A stretch of 55,235 nucleotides of DNA, the filler included, from Platydemus manokwari (Eukaryota), in NCBI GenBank assembly GCA_037951405.1. It is 4 parts of 4 records of this genome, joined end to end, with 100 filler letters (N's around TTAATTAATTAA, not from the genome) between each part and the next. Parts side by side here need not be neighbours in the genome. Positions count along the whole stretch, not along the records: positions 44,570 to 55,235 come from JBBMOY011114552.1; 3 more parts are not named here. One strand, given 5' to 3'. The notes below the pieces were generated by a model. The model was not told the origin of the DNA. It made no database searches and saw only the letters and a program-made list of their open reading frames with translations. Positions within the stretch are counted from its first letter, which is position 1. Each line of letters opens with the position of its first letter. Below are positions 49,381-55,235 of this stretch, in pieces. Position numbers and translations under genes: made by a program.

Positions 49381-51756
49381 TTATTGGAAAACCCAAGATT
49401 GAAATATTGCTTGATACAATGACTTAATTCCACATCGATTTGGAAATGATTCTTTATCTCTGATGAGTTTTGAATTTTGAAATTCTTTTTGATTTTGAAT
49501 TGGCTTATGAAAATCACTGCTCATTTTTATCAATAGATTTTGAGAAGTAGTTGAATTTTTGGATTTTTCACTTGTATTATAGCTGTATGATTTTCTCGAA
49601 TGACAAAACAATGATTCTATTTCATATTTTTCCAAGGAACACGGTGAAACCAATGCTTTAGGATCCGAATGTAAATTGATATTCAATGCTTTACATGGCA
49701 TCATATTCACTGCAGAACTTAAGGAGAGGTCAATGTCTCTTGAAGGCAAACAATGTTCGGAACATTGTGTGATATGAAAATCTATTTTAGCTTTAGAATG
49801 GAGTTTTTTAATTAAATCATCAACGGCTATAAATCGATTTGAAATCGGTACACATTTTTCTTCAAAAATATGTTGGCATTTTTTCAAGACTTTTAATTTC
49901 GAATAATTTTTAAATGGATTGATTAAAGTGATTTTTGCTGATTGTCTGATGTTATCTTGAATAGCGAAATATGTTTTCTTTTCACATTGAGATTGATTGC
50001 AATTGATGAAGCTTAAAAGAAAATTATGAGTCGAGTCTCGATCACTTTGAGATTGATTGCAACCGACGGGTGCATTTGGTTTTGGATATTTATCATTTTC
50101 AGGATTAGGTAACTCTTGATATTGGTTTAACAAGCTATTGTTGTGAGATTTACTTGTTAATGATTCGGAATTTGTTTGGGAATGATCAATCGTTATTAAT
50201 GGTGTTGTTGCGCAGTCTTTCAGTTTTGATTTAATGTTTGATGCATCACATTGGATAATTGGTTTGAATTCATTGACTGTCATTTGTTTGATTTCAGTAT
50301 TCATAGTGGAATAACAATTTGTTCGATGTCTGTCAATGTCATTATCAATGACCGTCAAAGTTGAAATGGCATTGAGTAGACTATTATCACTTGAAGACGT
50401 GGAAATGCTGGTCAATTGCTTGGATTTCATGATGATCTTAGATTTTTTAACATGATTTTTGTCAACCGATATCGGATTTAATGAATTTTGACCTATTTGC
50501 ATACTTTTCAATCTGGATTTTGGTGACTTATTAATGATATGATGGGAATTTTTGTTTGAGCACAAATATTTATCACCGCTCATCTTAGTTGATGGTTGGT
50601 TTTGTTTGGGAATCGTATTTAGATTTATGTTGTCCTCGTTAAATTCATTGATTGTTGACACGATTTCACTGGTGTTGTCCGTAATATTATCGATAATTTT
50701 AAATTGTTTTCCCAAATCTAGTTTCTCATTGTTGACATCATTTAAGACAATCAAGGAATTCGATGGATGGTTGTGAATTATAATTGAATCCAATACGTCC
50801 TGATCTTTCAATATTTGTGCAGTTGATGTTTTTGTGTTGACTTCACAATCGCCTTCAACATTTAACAACATTCGAACACTGTTTCTGTAACCCAGACATC
50901 TTTGTCTGAGAAAATAATCACAAAATTGATAATGGATACATTTCTGTAATTCAGCAGCTACTGTGATCGTAATGAAATCAGTCAATGTGTTGATATAACA
51001 ATTTATTATGTCGAATTCATTGATATTAACCGATTTAGAATGTGTGTTCACCTTGACTTGAATAGACTTGGTTGAAACCTTGGAATTCGATCGTTTTTCT
51101 GATTTCAGAAATCTTTGTTCAAGCAATTCAACCTCTTTAATGGCTTGATTAGAATTTATTTTTTCTATAATTGTTTTAATCAATTTTTCTAATTGTTTCA
51201 ATCTATTGTTATGACTGATTACATCAGTACTTGCTAACTTTGCTTGACCACCATACGATATCAGTTTTGTGTCATAGGATGAATAAAGATTTTTGAAATC
51301 ATTAATTAATCTTTTATTATCAGTTTTATGATTTGATATTTTACCAATGATATTCATTTTTGGATTGATGTTTTTATCAGTAAAATTTGATGAAAATTCT
51401 CGATGGATATCAGCTGATTGAGATTTAAAATCGATTTTATTTTCGCTTTGACAACTGACAGAATGAAGTTGATGGTTACGGCTAAATCGGAGCTGGTTTA
51501 TTAATTTCAAGTAGAAACTAAAAGCATCGACTGTTTTATTAATTTTATTTTCTTTTATTTCTTTTGCTGCATGATGTATATTTTGTTCGATGTAAACGGT
51601 ATTGTTATTTTTGTTGGAATAATTATTGGTAGTTGATATACGATGTCTGAATTTTGATATTTTTGAATATTTCAAATTCTTATGATATTGATTGATTCCC
51701 GATAGCGATTCGTGTCCATTCCATGAATGTGATCTTCGTTTTTTTAATTGCGGCAT
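49381..51756 (-). CDS. 791-aa uninterrupted ORF, N/S/K/I-rich, no recognisable domain
   Basis: A 2376-nt open frame in AT-rich DNA, starting AAAATG. No TE or enzyme motifs recognised. It could be one large exon of a longer gene. Confidence 0.75.
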   Translation of the reverse strand: MPQLKKRRSHSWNGHESLSGINQYHKNLKYSKISKFRHRISTTNNYSNKNNNTVYIEQNIHHAAKEIKENKINKTVDAFSFYLKLINQLRFSRNHQLHSVSCQSENKIDFKSQSADIHREFSSNFTDKNINPKMNIIGKISNHKTDNKRLINDFKNLYSSYDTKLISYGGQAKLASTDVISHNNRLKQLEKLIKTIIEKINSNQAIKEVELLEQRFLKSEKRSNSKVSTKSIQVKVNTHSKSVNINEFDIINCYINTLTDFITITVAAELQKCIHYQFCDYFLRQRCLGYRNSVRMLLNVEGDCEVNTKTSTAQILKDQDVLDSIIIHNHPSNSLIVLNDVNNEKLDLGKQFKIIDNITDNTSEIVSTINEFNEDNINLNTIPKQNQPSTKMSGDKYLCSNKNSHHIINKSPKSRLKSMQIGQNSLNPISVDKNHVKKSKIIMKSKQLTSISTSSSDNSLLNAISTLTVIDNDIDRHRTNCYSTMNTEIKQMTVNEFKPIIQCDASNIKSKLKDCATTPLITIDHSQTNSESLTSKSHNNSLLNQYQELPNPENDKYPKPNAPVGCNQSQSDRDSTHNFLLSFINCNQSQCEKKTYFAIQDNIRQSAKITLINPFKNYSKLKVLKKCQHIFEEKCVPISNRFIAVDDLIKKLHSKAKIDFHITQCSEHCLPSRDIDLSLSSAVNMMPCKALNINLHSDPKALVSPCSLEKYEIESLFCHSRKSYSYNTSEKSKNSTTSQNLLIKMSSDFHKPIQNQKEFQNSKLIRDKESFPNRCGIKSLYQAIFQSWVFQ

Positions 51757-53377
51757 TTTTCATTCATTAATAACTATCAGTGATTTATTAATAAAATTGA
51801 TTGCATTTTATAGATTTGTTTAATTCGTAATAAAGATTTTAATAGTTTTAAAATTTACTGTAGATTTACTGAGAATGTTTAATTTGAGATTGTAAATAGC
51901 TTTAAGAATCTATATAACTTAAATACAAATAAAATGACACATTAAAACAATATTTTCAGCGGCACTAAATTACTAGGTTTACTGTAATGATATGAATTAT
52001 TTTCTTGATTTTATTATCAACCACTCATTAATAAGACTCATTCTTTGATTGATTTTCAACTTGATTTTGAACTTGAATTCAATATCTAATTGTTACTTAT
52101 GGGGGTCAGTATTGATTTTTACGGTTTCTGTCTTAACTTGAAAACACTATGTACTGGTTAAATCAGTCTTTTGAGTTCTTATGACTCTCAGGAATTAATG
52201 AAACCTTATGATTTTGGAATTTCTTTATTTCAACTTTCAAACACTTGTATGGAGATAAGACAAGGTAGTTTATAATTGAATTATTTTTAGTAACGACTTG
52301 ACTTGTAGCTCTCACTCGGTTTATGGTATTAATTATCTTACGAGTCTCCATCTAATATAATGGAACAATGTCAACAAACGTGACAGTTTATCGGAATTAT
52401 CAAATTGATATCTATTAAACTTGTCAAATTTAAAATCAGAAACAAATAGTTCCTATTAAAAAAGTTTATTGTAGGATTCTTTAGCAACATGACAATTATC
52501 ATAAATGAAATAATCTTAGCGATGTTTAATATAGATACTGATACACATATAAACGTCAGCCAGTTAATATAATTCCTGGAAGTTTTTTTGTAAGCCCCCT
52601 TGTGAAGTAAAACTAGATTCGCTCAGTAAATAAGAAGAATATGTGTGTACTAATACTCAAATGTGATTTTACAAGAATTGATCTTATTACTTTTGCGAAT
52701 CTTATCTTCGAATTTACACACTACTTGATTTATTTGTTCAATTTCGTCCGAAAATTTTTATATGTTGATGAATTTAAAAGATTTTTTAATCCGATTTTAT
52801 TTATTAATTTGCTTAAATTATTGAGGTTAAATATAATTTTGTATCGTGACTTTTCAGTAAGTTTCAAATAAGTGCTTTATAAAATAGTATTTGCTTATTA
52901 TTTGTTTTTTTACTGCTTTTATGTCACTTAATTTTTTTATACGAAAAGTTTATTAGTTAATATAGCAGAATTTATAATTTATCTTTGGTGAAATTTCTCT
53001 AAATATAACTGGTATTTCGTACAGATAGTGTTTAATTTTCATAACCCTAACATTGGGGAGAAGAATTCCGAAAGTGTGTCCTCAAGCATTCTGTTCGCCG
53101 TCAGCTGGTCTTCTCTTGTCGAGTGGGATAATTTTCGTTTGTCACTATGGAAGGGAGTTAAATGATAAATCTAGTTGCTTTTGTCTTCAGCGTAACCCAT
53201 ATTTCCAAGCATGGCATAAATTTTGTCTTGGTACAAGCTCCATCGGCTTTAAATTAAATTTCGAATTGATAACCATTGAAATCTATGGTCGTCTTCATAT
53301 CTATGATTATAGTGTAATATCTTTCTAGAGATGTACATAAATTTCTCATAAATTACTCTCTTAATTTTAATATTACA

Positions 53378-53406
<29 letters not shown>
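53378..53406. repeat. (AC)n(TA)n microsatellite
   Basis: Visible dinucleotide run. Confidence 0.9.
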
Positions 53407-53408
<2 letters not shown>

Positions 53409-53539
53409 AATAGGAAGATAAAAAAAATTGTTACATTATACACAAAATGCTTGTTCAATCAAGCCATGCATAATAAATGTTTTTAATCAGTTAAATGAGA
53501 CAAATCTTTGGGGGATAGAATAAATTGTATCCAATTTTT

Positions 53540-54065
53540 AATGCGTTACGATTAAATTCGTCTCTCGAAACGTATAAATAGGTGGTTACAACTTCACAAT
53601 TTCGCCTAGCCCTGTTTCAAACCACTATGAATATTGTGTGAAGCCCGTTTTCTAATAAACCAGCTTACGTGAAGTCAACTACGATTCATATTTGTCAGAA
53701 GCGTTTTTCTTGATCCATCATTCAATAGTATATGCCAATCAACGTAAGTTCGATCTTATATAAAAAACTGATCGTTACAGTAAACTTCCTGAATATCTCC
53801 TACTATAGAATTGTGTCTCACATCCTTGTAGGTAGTTTTGCTGTAAGAGCATTCAGTTTATTAACGGTGTAACTTATCCTCAAGCTTGATAGGAATTTTT
53901 GTATAATTCTATTTTTTATTAAACCATTTTACTATTGTAGTAATTTATAATTAGTGTAAGTTGTAATTTTAGTGTCAATAAACATTTTAAAAAAACCAAG
54001 TTTTTGTTATTAATCTGATTTGTGACTGATAGCTTCAAAAACCATTATAGTTTTACCGAAATTCA
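53540..54065 (+). mobile_element. LTR-like remnant resembling 610-1606
   Basis: TATAAATA followed by the same ordered 3' blocks as 1446-1535 (TGTAGTAATT, AATAAA, TTTTTG.TATTA.ATC). Boundaries uncertain. Confidence 0.35.
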
Positions 54066-54859
54066 TTGATCATTATTGTCATTTGATATTGTCATCACAC
54101 GTGAGGCGAAGAAAGAAATACATAGGTTCAATAGATCGTACCTAGGGCTTGACCAGAACCACGAGTGACTGATTGAGACGAAAGTGATCAACAATAAACC
54201 AATTTTCGAGACTGATAAGATTAATAACATTAAAACAAGCAAGCCCAAAATGCATCATATATATAGTTCTTTTACAAAATTATTATAAAATGAAAACTGG
54301 CTATTTTAAATATATAGGTTTTTTTGTCAATGATGACGAGAGGTTAAAATTTAGTTTAATGAAAGGCAAAGAGTATTATGAAGAGTATTACACGATAATA
54401 ATATTAAGTGTGGTTGTTATCAGAATAGATAGATATGAAATCAAAATGCTATTGTTAAAATATAACAAAAAAGGATACTGTAATATAAAAGCAAAATAGA
54501 AAGAAATTTTGTTTAATAATCAAGTAATCATCATGAAGTAATAAGAATTAGGTCTAATAACCATATCATACAGTTCCAAAAAGAGAACAAAAGATACGTA
54601 GAAGCCTGAAAATTGATTAAATAAAATACAAATTGATGTATTCATTATTGATTAAAATCATTTTTAATGTTTCTTTACTGAGCTTTTGATGTCAGGCATA
54701 AATTTAATTAATAACATCAATTCATTACAAACCAAATTCTTATAAAAAACAATCAATACAACAATATTAAACAAATATATTTAATTTCATCATCGGTTTA
54801 TATATTATCCTTTATCGACTTTAATTGACATAAATATACAGTTTATAGATCGCTTATTT

Positions 54860-55120
54860 AATTACTTCACAAACTTCTTTATAAATTTTCTTTTGCTAAA
54901 AAATTAATCCAAAATAAAATGACATATAAATAATGACATTTATTGTAGTTAACAATCTGATGTCCGTGGTACAGTAAAAAGCAATTACTGGAAAAATTCC
55001 AATTAAAGAAATAGAGAGTACAATAGTTTCTGCAAGGTCTTCATCAGTTTTGATAATAGTAACAATAATAATATTAATAATAGACTTATTTTTTATTAAA
55101 AATTTTATTAAAATAATCAT
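54860..55120 (-). pseudogene. Possible TM6-TM7 remnant of a class A GPCR
   Basis: DEDLAETIVLSISLIGIFPVIAFYC ... INVIIYMSF (NPxxY-like), then a shifted basic helix SKRKFIKKFVK. Confidence 0.25.
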
Positions 55121-55235
55121 TGGAGTACATAGTTATAGTTAATGTAAAATTTAATTTATTTTTTATCATTAATTTATGTGAACATTCAACTCGTTCGTTA
55201 TATTATAAAATATTAATACTGAAAGAAATTTAATT

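Noticed and set aside
1-55235. CRISPR arrays, tRNA/rRNA genes, telomeric arrays or prokaryotic operons
   Set aside because: No regularly spaced repeats, cloverleaf or rRNA signatures, or TTAGGG arrays were seen; the content is intron-containing eukaryotic DNA.

Overview
Very AT-rich animal genomic DNA with spliceosomal introns of two sizes (44-60 nt and kilobase-scale). A dugesiid planarian origin is plausible but is inference only. The window is four contigs joined by artificial 100-nt spacers (N44-TTAATTAATTAA-N44), so linkage across the spacers is uncertain. Genes reconstructed by hand: a divergent 4-exon NAA30/Mak3-like N-acetyltransferase with an SPKK-repeat tail; an unknown minus-strand spliced gene; an intronless class A GPCR; a complete 10-exon NADP-dependent IDH1; an intronless SLC18 (VMAT/VAChT)-like transporter lacking the canonical charged transport residues; the 3' half of a MATE/SLC47 transporter with a GC-AG intron; and a 791-aa orphan ORF. 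The rest is largely decayed mobile DNA. It includes a Gypsy provirus split by an inverted R2-group (NeSL/R5-like, RLE-endonuclease) retrotransposon of odd architecture, a second R2-group RT remnant, solo LTRs, hAT-Charlie and mariner ends, and decayed genes. No CRISPR, rRNA or tRNA was seen. No new multi-gene system can be supported; the best novelty candidates are the SLC18-like transporter, the SPKK-tailed NAA30 paralog and the RLE retroelement.
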